Of a stretch of DNA of 64,000 bases, positions 39,185 through 52,214 are shown one piece after another. The stretch lies in assembly GCF_023055435.1 (NCBI RefSeq), contig NW_025963857.1:27838001-27902000 (forward strand). Reading direction: 5' to 3'. This DNA comes from Haliotis rufescens. Its lineage: Eukaryota. Numbering within the stretch: position 1 is the stretch's first letter; every line of letters starts with the position of its first letter. The position numbers and the translations under genes are program-made. The notes under the pieces are model-generated. The model worked only from the letters and a program-made list of their open reading frames with translations, was not told where the DNA came from and made no database searches.

Positions 39185-41916
39185 CTACATGCCTAAAATT
39201 AGGCTACTCGAAACGTTTCCTTTTGACAATGAACTGACGTGAACTGATTTAAGAATAGTCATGTTTGTAGAACTGCTAACTAAACTACTGCCACGTAATA
39301 TCGTTTTTAAATCATACCCATGTGTGTAGAAAAACATAGTGTTTCTGATATTATCGTATTTTTGACAGGTATAGAAAAAGTGAATTGCGTCTTCAAAGTG
39401 ATACCCACAAGTACAGTCTGATATCATGTCTGATACATGTCGTCTAAACATATCAGCGTTTAGGTCACTGCAGCCGATCCTAAGGCGACAGTGGACAATT
39501 TTGCATGATCTTTGACCGTTTTTTTAAACAAAATTATTAATAATTGTATCAGAACGAATAATTAAGGATTTGAATTCGTTTAATGAGCAAGAGTTAGTAA
39601 CTTCATTGGGTAGAGTGTTCCACAGGTTAATCGTATCCGAAAGAAATGATTTAGCATAGGTCTGGGTTCTACATTTTATTGTTTGTATGTTAGATCTATT
39701 TCTAAGGTTATAATTGCTATTATCAGAGACTGGACTTGGAATGAGATCGTTGAGATATACAGGTGAAATACTGTTTTTCATTTTGTAAAATGTAATCAAT
39801 TTGAAGCGGTGTCGTCGTTCTTTTAAGGACTGAAAGTTTGTTTCGTTATAAATTTTAACATGACTGGTACCCCGAACCGCCCCACAAATGGTTCTCAAAG
39901 CGTCCAAATGTAAATTCTCGAGTAACAATGATTGTTCGTTTGTACAGTTGTCCCAAATATGACAGCAGTAGTCGAAGTTTGGTAGGATAAAAGATGTGCA
40001 CATAGTTTCAAGCGTATTTCTTGTTAGTCTGTATTTAAAGCTCCTTAGGCAGTTGATCATTGGACTAATTTTTCTAATAATTTCGTTAATATGTATTTTC
40101 CATGAACAATCAGATTGAAGTGTAATTCCTAAATGTTTATGACTTTGTACTTCTTCAATAACAGTACTCTCCATGTATAAATTTGGTCTAAAAACAGAAT
40201 CGACTTTGCGGCTGAATGTTATAGTTTGAGCATTCATGTACATCGCCTTTTTTTGTGAACTGGTGTGACTGATGCCTGTTTCCAAACTAACGGGACGGTT
40301 TTGTTTTTAAGCGACAAGTTTAATAATTTTGTCAGGATAGTAGCTAGACGAGTCGCTGTTAATTTAAGTAACTTGTTACCTATACCATCTGGCCCTGATG
40401 CCTTAGTTGTATCTACAGAAAGAAGAATATCTCGAAATTCTTCTAGATTTAAATTCACAGATAATAATGGATCGTCGATTGTATATTGTCCAATAGATGG
40501 AAGGTCAGAATCGGGGTTTCTTACTCTTGCTTGATCGGTGAAAAATTCATTTAGGACATTGGTAATATCTTCAATATCATCATATAAAACATTATTTGAT
40601 ACTATTGACGGAAACGGCGAATTTTCGGTTTGCGTTTTGACATATCTTTTAACTAGTCGCCACCAGATCTTAGTACCATATGAAGTAATTGGGATGTTAT
40701 CTATTTTTAATTCATGAGCTCTTTTGGCTATTCTGACTGATGATATTACTTTATTCCTGCAAAGCCTAAATTTTACCCAATCTGACGGTCGATTTCTGTT
40801 TTTAGCAATTTTGTGAATACGATTACGTTTCCTAATAAGATATTTAAGAGAGCGTGTCTCGTTATTTATCCATAGAGGATCCTTTGTTCGTATTGTGACA
40901 GTTTTAGTTAAAATGTATTTATCAAATATGTCTTTAAGTCTACAAGTAAGATCTTCAGTGATAATGTTAATATTATCAGATGAGAATAGGCTATCCAGGT
41001 CAATCTCATTAATACCTTGATTTATACCATCTGCATCTGCCAATGGATAGTTATATATTTTTCTCTTAAACGCGTAATTTCTGGGTATTGTTTCTTTTAT
41101 ATGAACAAATATAGGGCAGTGATCGCTACAGATTGGATCAAGTACACCAGAAGACCTCACATTGTTTACACAGGATACGAATATTAAATCAATCAAAGTA
41201 TTAGAATTAGAGGTTATTTTTGTAGGATCTGTAATTATTTGTCTTAAACCGTAAATAGTTTGTAAATGTTCAATCTTTTTAGTGGTTTCGCATTGAAGTG
41301 GCCAGTAACAATAGTAAACATATCAAGATCAACAGCATTGCCTATTGATTCATCAATAAAATTCCAATAATGGACACATTTATCGGCACGATAAAATGTA
41401 CCAATTAAGTAATTTCGAGTTTTACATTTAACCTATATCAATATCGCCTCAAGCTCGGCAGGTTCTAAATTTCTCATTATTTTAGCGTTAAGATTATTTT
41501 TCAAATAAGCCGCAACCCCACCACCACGTTTGGTTCTGTCTTTTCTAAATGGAGATTGAAAACCGGGAATCTGTATGTCATTGTTTCGAAGATCTTCACT
41601 TAACCATGTTTCAGTCAAACATATTACATCGTATGACCCAAATTCTGCGCTTAAAATATTCAATTTATTCCTGAGACTACGAACATTAAGGTGTATATTA
41701 ATATTTAAGTCTTTTAGGTATTTAGGTCCAGGATGAGGGTGAACATCTCCACAGCAGAGGAGTTAGAAAAATGAAGAAAAATGGTAGTCGCAGATTATAC
41801 AAACATCGAAATTTAGAAATGTGTACCAGAATCAGAAACTTAAATGAGTATTTAACATGAAGTGTAACTGCAAATGTACCCACTGCTTGTCTATATTGTG
41901 ATATGTCAACCGACAT
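39185..41916 (-). pseudogene. LINE ORF2 (APE-RT-zinc knuckle), frameshifted, RT core deleted
   Basis: Track ORFs 41722-41916, 41433-41663, 40234-41196, 39524-40285 and 39185-39451 are collinear parts of one ORF2. Confidence 0.9.
41724..41750 (-). other. 2A-like (StopGo) motif variant GDVHPHPGP at the ORF2 N-terminus
   Basis: LCCGDVHPHPGPKYLKDLNINIHLNVRSL is in frame with the APE domain; canonical motif is D(V/I)ExNPGP. Confidence 0.65.
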
Positions 41917-43128
41917 CGAATGTTAGTATGATAAACAAAGGCACAATGGGTCTCAAAAGGAATGGACAGACACACAAGCTACATTTATGGCTCGGTACAA
42001 GATACATAAATAAGCACTATTTTGGTCTTCTTTTCTTGGACAACAAACAAGTGCGAAAAATTAATCAAAAACAGAGATGAAAGAGTGAATGAACAACACA
42101 AACACAGTTTTCTCGGTTCGAGAAACAAAATATCCGATAAAAACAATCAGGGGTAATGCATATCTATATATAAGGGTTTCACATCAGTACAATAGAGAAT
42201 TGCAGTTTTACATCAGTACAACAGAGAATTACAGCTATTGGACATAATGCAAGTGTCATACTCAAGGGGAATGATGACCAGTGTTATGCAGTGACTATAG
42301 TTGTATGCTAGCGCTGTATACTGGGGTAGGGCGAGAGACACGAATAAGTTGCATAACATAAGTTGGCTGCACGCTTTACGCAAGTGGTTTTAATGCCGTT
42401 GGATACCTGTTACAATAAAGAAAGAAAACACAAAAAGTAAGTATTTGTTGAATACAATTTTAAGAGAGTTATGCAATAGATGTTTTAAATAATGTTTAGT
42501 TGAGGGAAATATATGGCGATGTATCAGAATGAATGGTTAGCCGGGGTTATAATAAGTCAACAATCATATTATATGCAAGCAAAGTGGACCACATCAGTGT
42601 TTTGACATTGAATTCTAAAACTTACTTGATTGGGATGGTAATTTTAAGCTATGATTATAGAGCATTTACTATTTGAGATATTTAGTATGCGATTAGCTGC
42701 GATTTGATCAGTTTGTATAAGTTAATGCTTAAAGTATAATCCTTGATGTTTTGATCATAAGTGGATAGTGTAAAGTGAACTCAAGCGGCCTCTTTGACGG
42801 ATTGTCTGAAAACACCCAATGAACAAAGTAAAAGACCTAAGTTTTATATATATTGTAGATTTGTACTTCATCTATACATACTGGATTTAGTTTAATATCA
42901 GCACATGAAAAGTGTATTCATATTCCAAGTTAAGTTAATAAGTGCATATCCACTTTGAATCTAATACCTGAGAGTACGTTATATATGTCAAAAGTAGAAT
43001 GGAATATATGTTATAGACATGTTTGTGTACTAAGGTTGTACATATTCGAAATCGAAATTTTATAATAAAGTGCACTTTTTCAGTCAGAAGTGCATGTACA
43101 TATTGTGCATGTGAAAAACAATCTATAC

Positions 43129-43274
43129 NNNNNNNNNNNNNNNNNNNNNNNNNNNNNNNNNNNNNNNNNNNNNNNNNNNNNNNNNNNNNNNNNNNNNNNN
43201 NNNNNNNNNNNNNNNNNNNNNNNNNNNNNNNNNNNNNNNNNNNNNNNNNNNNNNNNNNNNNNNNNNNNNNNNNN
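43129..43274. other. Assembly gap
   Basis: N run. Confidence 1.
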
Positions 43275-43275
43275 A

Positions 43276-44283
43276 GAATCTATCGTATGCATGTGCCAAC
43301 AGATTCTTAGTGCACCAACAATGAACACATGAAAGTAGTTTACAAAATCAAAGGATTGCAATCTATGAATGGGCCAATAGTTTCAAAAACACATTCATAT
43401 TTGTCAATACCACATGATTAAATCATCATCTGATAGGATCTAGGAATGCATGCAATGCATGGGTCCGCAGATATTCATCAAGAAGACAATCACCACATGA
43501 ATTATCTTTCAAGGTCTTTGGGTTGAGGTACCAGTACATGTACTGGTTTATAATACCGTTGATAACCAGTACATGTTCATTTACAGAATCCTGGAATGTG
43601 AAGACTATTTTAAGCACAAAGTCACTCATCACATGATGTCGCTGTACACACTCCTAGGAATTAATATATGCAGTTTGTATGTACCTTGTCAATCACCATT
43701 TAGGTTCTTAGGTGTTGGGGTTTGGCTTAGCTGTATAAGCACTTTAAGTCTGTTGTTCCATACACTTCCTGCCAGTGAAATTTTGTTGTCACCAGATACA
43801 GGAATCTGTCTTATACATGTGCCAACATATTCTAAGGGCACAGACAATGAACACATGAAAGTAATTTACAAAATCATAGGTTCGCAATCTGTGCATGAGT
43901 CATCAGTTTCATACACATTCATATTTGTCAAAACCGCTTTATTGAGTTATCGACAAATAGGATTTAGGATGAATGCTCTGCCTGTGTCCACAGATATTCA
44001 GTAGATAGTCAATCACCACATGATTTATCTACACAGCCCTTGATTGAGGTACTAATTCATGTACTAAAATTTTATAATACCATTGATAACAGTACACATT
44101 TAAGCACAAAAACAGTCACCACCTGCTATTGTCTTACTCACTCCTAGGAATGAATAGGTGCAGTTTATATGCTCATTGTCAATCACCACTTGGGTTTTTA
44201 GGTGTTGGGGTTTGGCTCAGCTGTGTAAGAATCTTAAGTCTGTTTTTTTCATACACTTCCTGTCAGTGGGATTTTGTTGTCAC
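43276..44283. repeat. Diverged ~500-bp tandem duplication of the ORF1 3' end and spacer
   Basis: 43276-43800 and 43802-44283 share ACATGTGCCAACA, ATGAACACATGAAAGTA, TAGGTGTTGGGGTTTGGCT and ATTTTGTTGTCAC. Confidence 0.85.
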
Positions 44284-45150
44284 TTTCATGAGTTTCCCAT
44301 CTTTATGTTTGACTCGGACAACCCCTCCAGTCACCCAGGTTGATTCTATTTTGTGGTCGGTGACTAAACCTCTCGCTTGTTTTGCTAGGAACGCCCTTGT
44401 TTTTGTAAGGTCCTCATTGATGTAGGCTTTAGGATAATTTGATGACATATTCTTCAGCTTAGATCTGTTAGCGAGTAGCTAGTGCACGCTTGGTAGCATT
44501 GCTGATGAACATCACAATTATGGATCTAGGCTTTGACTGGGGTGTAGTCGGGAATCTCGGCACTCGGTGGCTGATGTCGATATCCACCAGGGATATATCC
44601 ACACCAATTGATTTAGCGATGTTAATCACAATCTCTTCGGTTGACTCTTCTGCTTTTTCAGGGATACCAGTAATTCTGATATTATTCCTCCTTGTATACT
44701 GCTCCATCCTGTCTAGCTTATTAGACAGATTTTCTATTACCTCATCTTTCTCGTCTATTTTGACTTCAATTCGGCCACCTCGCTTGCTAGTTGCTTGTTT
44801 TGCTCGATAAGTTGAGACATTACCTCCCTTAGGGTAGGTCTAATAGCCTCACCTACAGCTGCATCTATAATCCTGAGCACATCGTTGCTTTTCAGGGCTA
44901 CAAGTAGCTGGTTTAAAAAAACTGTCCAGCATCTAGAATGTCAGACGCATCACTATTCTCCAGGTCACTCATAACTGATACTGGTGTGTCACAGTGGCAA
45001 TCACAAAACTCTGATTTGGAGTCACTCACGTTTGTCGACAATTGACACTGTCTTTTATAGTCACTGTCCGAATCGGGGGAGGTGAACACTTCGTCACGAT
45101 TTCGTTTAGTTGAAACAGGTGTGTTTTCCATAAGTAATCTCTTTACCACA
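44240..45150 (-). pseudogene. LINE ORF1 (L1-like RRM/CTD, transposase_22-type)
   Basis: EQYTRRNNIRITGIPE, DIDISHRV, PRSIIVMF, YINEDLT, STWVTGG. Confidence 0.85.
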
Positions 45151-45757
45151 TATCTTCTACTTCGTTGTGAACTTAGAGCATGGACTTTTATGTTTACGAT
45201 TTTACATCATCAATGCAAATTTGTCAACATCTGCAAAGTCATAGTTCATTTGCACATGAAATGAGAATATTTGGTTAGTAGCATGTTTTTGCTTACATGT
45301 GTGTCACTGTGGTCATTAAAACCCTTCAGTTTCCATCGGATTCGTTGCATTTTCACATGGCTTCGAGTGTGTCGAGGAAAGCACGTCCAGCCATGATGAC
45401 GTCACAGGAAGTTATCGCAAGATATGATTAATATACCAATTATAACAATATTAAGGAAGACAATGGGTGTAACGGGAGAGAATCCAACTGAGTACGTTGA
45501 AAGTAAAACACTAACTGGTATTGGAAATTCTCGCATTCATCTAATCCAGGCCTATTTATTACACATTCTTCAGGAAACACATAGCAAGGCTGGAAATTCA
45601 AAGTATGAGTTTCTCATTATACCTACATGTAGTACATCACGTTGTTCGACAGCTTTTGCTCACCTGAGTTAAAGAAGGACTGATAATATATGTTCATGAA
45701 AGCAGTCAAGTAGACACATCACAGCCTGAAGCAGCATCATGATCGTATCCGTCATGT

Positions 45758-46009
45758 TCGTTTGTCTGTATGTTGTTTAACGCTGCACTCACTAATATTC
45801 CAGCTATATGAAGGCGGGCTAAATAATCGAGTCTGGACCAGACAATCCGGGGATTGACATCATGACCATCGATCCACACAATTGGGATCGATGACATGGA
45901 GCAACCAAGTCAGCGAGCCTGACCACCCGATCCCGTTAGTCGCCTCTTACGACAAGCATAGTCGCCTTTTACGACAAGCATGGGTTGCTGAAGATCTATT
46001 CTACCCCGG
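45758..46009 (-). mobile_element. SINE family A (double-hairpin variant)
   Basis: TSD ATCCGT(C/A)ATGT at 45747-45757 and 46010-46020. Confidence 0.9.
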
Positions 46010-46713
46010 ATCCGTAATGTAAATTGTACATGTCACGTTCAATGTTAACTAAAATATCACACAACTTCACTGTTGAATGCCATGAGAACAGATTTTAAGG
46101 CCAGTTTGTTTATTCCATTTCTATTATAAATACAAAGGCCGTTTTCTCCAATCGTACTGACCACTTTGACTCATTTTTTCTCTAATTGCTTTGTCAACGT
46201 TGGCCGTTTTCGCTGGGAACAGTTGTGACCATTCCGTTAAGTTGTCTCATAATGGATATTTGGTTCAGAAATCTTCTCCTTGGCATGTGTGTGTCACGTA
46301 ATCATGATATCATAGTTTGTGTAAATCTTTGAAATAAGTGTGATGCAAATCTTGGTGCACAGTTCTTATGCAGAAAATATTTGATATCGGTGCTGACAGC
46401 ACGTGTGTTGAAAGGCGACCCTTGTTGACATTTTTAAATGTTGTCAACATATCCAGATGAGTATTCAATTGTCACATCTAATTATTGTAATTTAAAATGA
46501 TCAAAGGACCTATTGCCCGTTAGTTATAAGAGTCTAGACATATATATTGTCATGAAATAGTAGCTTCACAGACAAAAACAAAGTTCACCTCCTTAAAATT
46601 GCTTCTTTCAGTACATAATATCACCATTTTAAATATAAAGTTCACAAGTTCGAAGATTTCTTAATTAGTGATATTGGGAGCACAACATACAAATAACATC
46701 TTTAACAACCTTA

Positions 46714-46915
46714 GGCGGACGCTCTACCACTAGACCACGGAGGCGGTCTGATAGGTACCGAGTCAGTATAATGTGTCTGGATCGGGTATCTATGTTAAAC
46801 GGTGGTAGGGTATGTCAGTGGACTACACTATTAAAGTCGGGTTTAGTTCATGCAGCACTTCGAGTATAAGTTTAATAACCTGGATAGTTATGTAAAACTA
46901 TTTCACATTTCAACT
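46714..46915. mobile_element. SINE C head fragment (minus strand, 46714-46748) abutting an old plus-strand SINE C body
   Basis: GGCGGACGCTCTACCACTAGACCACGGAGGCGGTC is identical to 57306-57340; a degenerate body follows. Confidence 0.7.
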
Positions 46916-47844
46916 AACCTCTTCACCTTGAGCATATTGTGGTCTGGTTCAAACTGTGAGGGTTTGGGTCAAATGGTGTCGTCATTATCCAATATTTGTC
47001 TGTTGGCTTGAATTCAGGGGAGAAATGGCCTCCACGAGAAGGCACATATCTCTGGGACGGTATATGCCCCTAGTGTGTGGCTTTTCTGTCTTTCTCAAGG
47101 GGATTCTAGTCAATTGAATTTGAAAAAAAAGACAGGCCTGAAGTCATAAGGAAGTTTGATGGATGACTTCCCAATCCGGTTTTGTCACAGCTGACGGTAT
47201 GATTCAGTTGAAAGAAAATGCAAAAAAAACCCTTTCCATGCCCACAAGAAATCTCTGCAAAGAATGTCGATTGTACTTGTCCGACCACACCATGAGAATG
47301 CGTTTATGAATCAATTTCAAATAGTCATGATAGCAGTGCAAATGTTGATCAGATTTGACAAACTCATAAAAATGGGTTTATTCCTTTATACCTGTGTCTG
47401 TGTGGTTCCCATTACCAGATGCGTGTCTCATGCGTGTACACACATTTCGACGCAGAACATGCCAAAGTCCCCGTGCATATTTTCCTAGGGAATATTTCGA
47501 TATAGCCTATCGTTTTAGACATATATACCTAATAAAAAACTCACTTTTGTGACGACGGTAAGCCCTATGCGTTGAGATGCAGCGGCAATTGTAGCGTTAT
47601 AATTGCTTTGGGGAGCGCCACAGAGCAGATCAAATACTTATGTTTATTTTCCACATGTATATGTGCTAAGATGGGATGTTTATTTGTTTCTAGTATTATA
47701 TGCATGCATCAATTCCCTGATATTCCTCAATTCCCAGAGCTATCTTGACGATTTACTGTCAACGTGACCCCGTGGCCTTGATCGACGTCCATTCCGTATG
47801 ACAACGATGACCCCAGTTACACAAAGCGTTATCGAGCAAATACA

Positions 47845-48044
47845 GTTAAAGGATGGTATTTGTTGTTTCCCTGTCTGGCGCATTTAGGGAATAAACAAGG
47901 TCTGGTCGGCTTTCAGTCAGCATACTATGTCTGAGTGGGGTATTCATGTTAAACTGCGGCATGGTATCTCAGTGGGTTGCACCATAAATCTGCACCAGTC
48001 CGGACTAGTACAAGCACACACACAGACACACACCTACACACACA

Positions 48045-48108
<64 letters not shown>

Positions 48109-48188
48109 CACACGCACGCACGCACGCATGCTCGTTGCTATATAAGTGAAAAATCTTAAGCTCGACTTTAACCACATTTCACCTCACC
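47845..48188 (+). mobile_element. 5'-truncated SINE family C with expanded (GCAC)n
   Basis: Body and TTCACCTCACC tail match family C. Confidence 0.88.
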
Positions 48189-48669
48189 AAGCATCACCGA
48201 AGAGCGTTAGAATTCTCATACTTAATAAATATACAGAGCCAATAAGTAGCAGCTGATGTAGTTTAGTCTTGATGTTTTAGAAATTGACGAAGTACGTAGC
48301 ACCACCGAAATGCATCTGCTCACGTGTGATTACTGTCTATATTTCTAAATAAACCACAGAACTGTTATACTCTATGTTGTTACATATAGATAAGGCATTG
48401 GATAGTTGACAAACGGCATATCGTCATCTTCTTGAGTCTGTCATTGTAACATTCCGAGACAGACGGTGTCAATATGGCCCAGGCGATTATCAAACATCGA
48501 GTCAAATAACACTTCACTCAACAAGGTACCATTTTCGCATATACGTATCATTAATATAACTTATTGAGATACTTTACAACACGTGGACGTGACCATCATT
48601 TCTAAGATAACAATTTATTTTGCTAGCGTTTTATGGAATACGAAAAAAGCAGTTCTACTTAAATTTCTT

Positions 48670-48823
48670 GGGGCGTAGCCTGGTGGTTAAAGTGTTTGGC
48701 CGTCACATCGAAGGCGCGGGTTCGACTCCTCACATGAGTACAATGTGTTATGTTCATTTCTGGTGGCCCCCGCCGTGGGATTGCTGGAATAACAGTGGCG
48801 TAAAACCATACTCACTCACTCAC
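48670..48823 (+). mobile_element. Degenerate SINE family B
   Basis: Homology; ACTC tail. Confidence 0.85.
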
Positions 48824-49859
48824 TTAGTTGCTGGCATTTAATTATCGTCCCGAAGCTATGTGAAAAGACTTCATTTTGACAACTCACTTCTGTCGAAGCA
48901 AAAGATGTGATAAAGTTGGAATAATTTATATTGATTATAACCATTCAGTGTGATGAGAATCTTATATTGTTCAACTATTCTTGACAATATTGCTTCATTT
49001 TGGAGACATATAGACATTAGATGGGTCGTTATTGCACTCGGATACACATCAATTTCAGTTGCGCAATTGAATATACTCAGCAGACAGCCTTACAATAACC
49101 TTCCAAAGGAGCCGTGGAGCATTACACAATGCCTACGCAGACAGCTGTGTGTTATAACACACGCATGGATCTCAGAGTGAGTCATTGATCCAAGAGAGGA
49201 AGATTGCTAATATGTGTTCCAAATGACATTTATGGCCACTGGAGTTAAAACATTTGTGTTCAAATGACATTGTACTGTCTGATAGACAAAATATAAGGAC
49301 TGAGCTTTGTTCAGCGTCCAAAACTGAAAAACGTGCGATGTGAAGATATGAATTGTCCTTCCCAAAACCCGATTTATGTCATACAGGGGATACCCTAAGA
49401 GCGAGATCGGGAGGTGAGAGTCCAATGGCAACAAATACGGGACCAGTCTTGCCGGTGTATCACACTTAGTCAAAACATAGATCAATGTGCCGGGAATAAA
49501 GGACAAAATTTTGAGATGTTCCTGTTTTACAAATGTGAAAATGATGAGAAAGAAAGGTATTTCAGTAATACTTTCAAACCAAAATTAAGTGGCCTCAAAT
49601 AATTGATTTTTTTTTGTACAACCATTGTACATTTTCCTGCCACCACAATACTTATTTCTGTATGTGTGGTACGCACAATGTTGTACGTCTTAGTGACGTC
49701 ATACTATGTTAGAGTGCACTGTGACGTCAAAATAGCGTAATGGTATACATGTACAGTCATGAAAATCACATTCGTGAAACCGGTTGAGTAAATTATACAG
49801 CTCATCCTTGATGTTTTGCACTTTATCTATATTCCTGTTGAATCATGAAGAACTAAAAT

Positions 49860-51025
49860 ATTTGTTGAACCAAAGATCTGGTACAAGAACTGAAGATGAC
49901 AACAAGAAAAACGGCAGGAAAAATGCGATTTGAAGAGGAGTTGACAACCCTAATGCATACGATGAACACGTTCCTGAGAGAGGAAGCTCACACTAGAGGA
50001 GAAGGTTTACCACTACTTGGTACAGAATCTTAATACCAGGATTCTTTGATGTGGCCAAGACAAAACCATACAGTCACATTCTGTAAAAATAACTCGCGAT
50101 AGTTCACACCCAAGCAGAACTTTCGAGGATGAAGACCCACGTGCACCCGAACAACCAACAACACTCAAGACAGATCTCGAAACCAAGGGAGACAACTAGG
50201 CGTCCAAGGCCGCCAAAGAAGTCAAAGTCACAATCGTCGGGGCCAAGGACAAGCCCCTTATAACAGGCGAGGATATTTCCAAAATCAAGGACGAGGTCGA
50301 GATCAAGATTAAGATGGCTATCAACGCTTTAATCAACAAGACCATAGTTTTTTTAGGGACAGCAAGGTTCCCCCAGGGATGGGAAACTCAACAATAGAGC
50401 TAAAAGTAATTAACTTATCTTGTTTAGATCTGACAGAGGAGGAACTATCTGAATTACTTAAAGGTATGAAGTTCACCCGACTCCAATGAAACAGGATTTA
50501 CATGAACCAGACCAGATACGTCTGATTTTTTTTGAAAAACGGAGATTACTAAATCATTTTGATATCGGTGCAAGAAAATGAAGATACTTCACTAGTTGGA
50601 GACAAAGCAACTTCACTCCAAAACCTAGTAATAACAAAGTGTTAGACAAAGTTATTAACCACCTCAAAGATTTACCCTTTACTGTACATGTAAAACCTCA
50701 AATCAAACATTACAAAAAATTGAGTGCCTCAAACAGATTATAAAAAACCCCGATTAAATTGTTATTAAAGAAGCTGATAAGGGAGGCGCCATAATAACAA
50801 CGGATAGCTTTATTACCAAGAGCTCTGATTAGATATTGATAAATCCCGTAACAGAAAACTTTTTAGAGATTTCGGAGAAATCTGTATTACTTAATCTTAA
50901 AAGATAAATATATTCACATTCTCAACGAAGAAGATTAATATTTAGTAAATCTTGAATCGAAAGAAAGTATTTTATGGCCTCCCTAAAGTTCAGAAAAGCG
51001 CACAGATCCAAGAAATATGTCAAAC
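49860..51025 (+). mobile_element. Penelope-like element remnant (N-terminal region and RT start)
   Basis: KVINLS...LLKGMKFT, KSNFTP, IVIKEADKGGAII, FYGLPKVQK. Confidence 0.8.
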
Positions 51026-51029
51026 ACAA

Positions 51030-52178
51030 CTGCTGATCAAGACACTCTTTGAAATCACAGCAGAAAGAGCATGTTCGATTGTACCTCAAAACTTGTGAAA
51101 TGTTGACACCAAGGGCTGAAGAAATATTGCTCTACATTTAGGGAAAGTTGACTGTTTGAAAATTGAAGTCTACCCTTTTTTCATAGAGTCTTGTGGAGAG
51201 TGTTTTATCACTCCGAAATTTTATGCATAGATCTAAATTTAAAATACCGGAGGCGGTTTCATGGGATTCATTCCACTTGCCTCAAATACTTTCTGTGAAC
51301 ATAAAGAAAGTCCTCCCTTCGTTGTGTTAAGGATTATGATTAATCTTTGAGGAGGAATTTGGTGGTATATTTGCTTTGACCCAGCCTATATATCTCCCTG
51401 TAAGATTTGTAAGGTTTGTTTAAAACGTTTGGAATCTAGTACAAAACTGGAATGAACATGTTTGTAGGTTTTAGACTCAAGTCAAAAGTGGATAGTGCGA
51501 TATGTGATGCATGGTTTTGGCAGATTTCGTCCTCAGATAAAATACTGGCCTTATTTAATATGTCACTTATACCTTTGATCAAACAATTAATGTGCCGATG
51601 CTTACATGTTATGGTGATGTAATTTGAGGCCTGTCAGTGGATACAACTACGGCTTTTTCATGTAGGGCATTCTGACTTTCGATGACAGGTGGCTGGGAAA
51701 GAACTGGGTTATTTCAATTCTGTTTCTTCTTTTTCAGTTTGCGCATTCTACCAGTAACAACATCACGCACTGACATTCTACAGGTTCCTCTTCTCTTTCG
51801 GCCCGTTATTTGCCATACATGTATGCTTCAACAGCATCCATAATGATTTGAAAGTTGTGATCCCAAACGGCAAGAGGCTGCTTAAGAGACTTTGATCCAA
51901 AAATAAATAACTGACGAAGATTGTTATTGTCAATAGAGAAGTTACCTGTGATTATATGACCTACAGGTTGGTGACAGAATGAACAGTTTGGCAGCCAAGT
52001 AGTGAATTTTATCACAAGCTGTCGTTCCGCAAAACGTTCCTATAATTGGTCTGGGGACGGATCGTCTGCCCGGAGTATCACGGCGTCATACCAAAAGACA
52101 TCAAAAGATGGTACTTTTTGCTACCCTGTCTAGCTTATGCCATTTAGGGTCTAAGACTAGGACAAGGACAAGCACACA

Positions 52179-52214
<36 letters not shown>

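Larger units (their letters stand above)
39050..45400 (-). mobile_element. Near full-length CR1-group LINE: ORF1 (~44240-45150), spacer, ORF2 (~39185-41916), decayed
   Basis: ORF1 EQYTRRNNIRITGIPE...ISHRV...YINEDLT; ORF2 HLNVRSL, CLTETWL, RGGGVA, SDHCPI, KASGPDGI, HKHLGI, CTCG...DAIHFFYTC; joining ORF1 and ORF2 across the gap is inferred. Confidence 0.8.

Noticed and set aside
47927-48159. THAR/HT-repeat ORFs (also 4385, 6536, 18229, 21209)
   Set aside because: Translations of (CA)n or (GCAC)n microsatellites, some within SINEs
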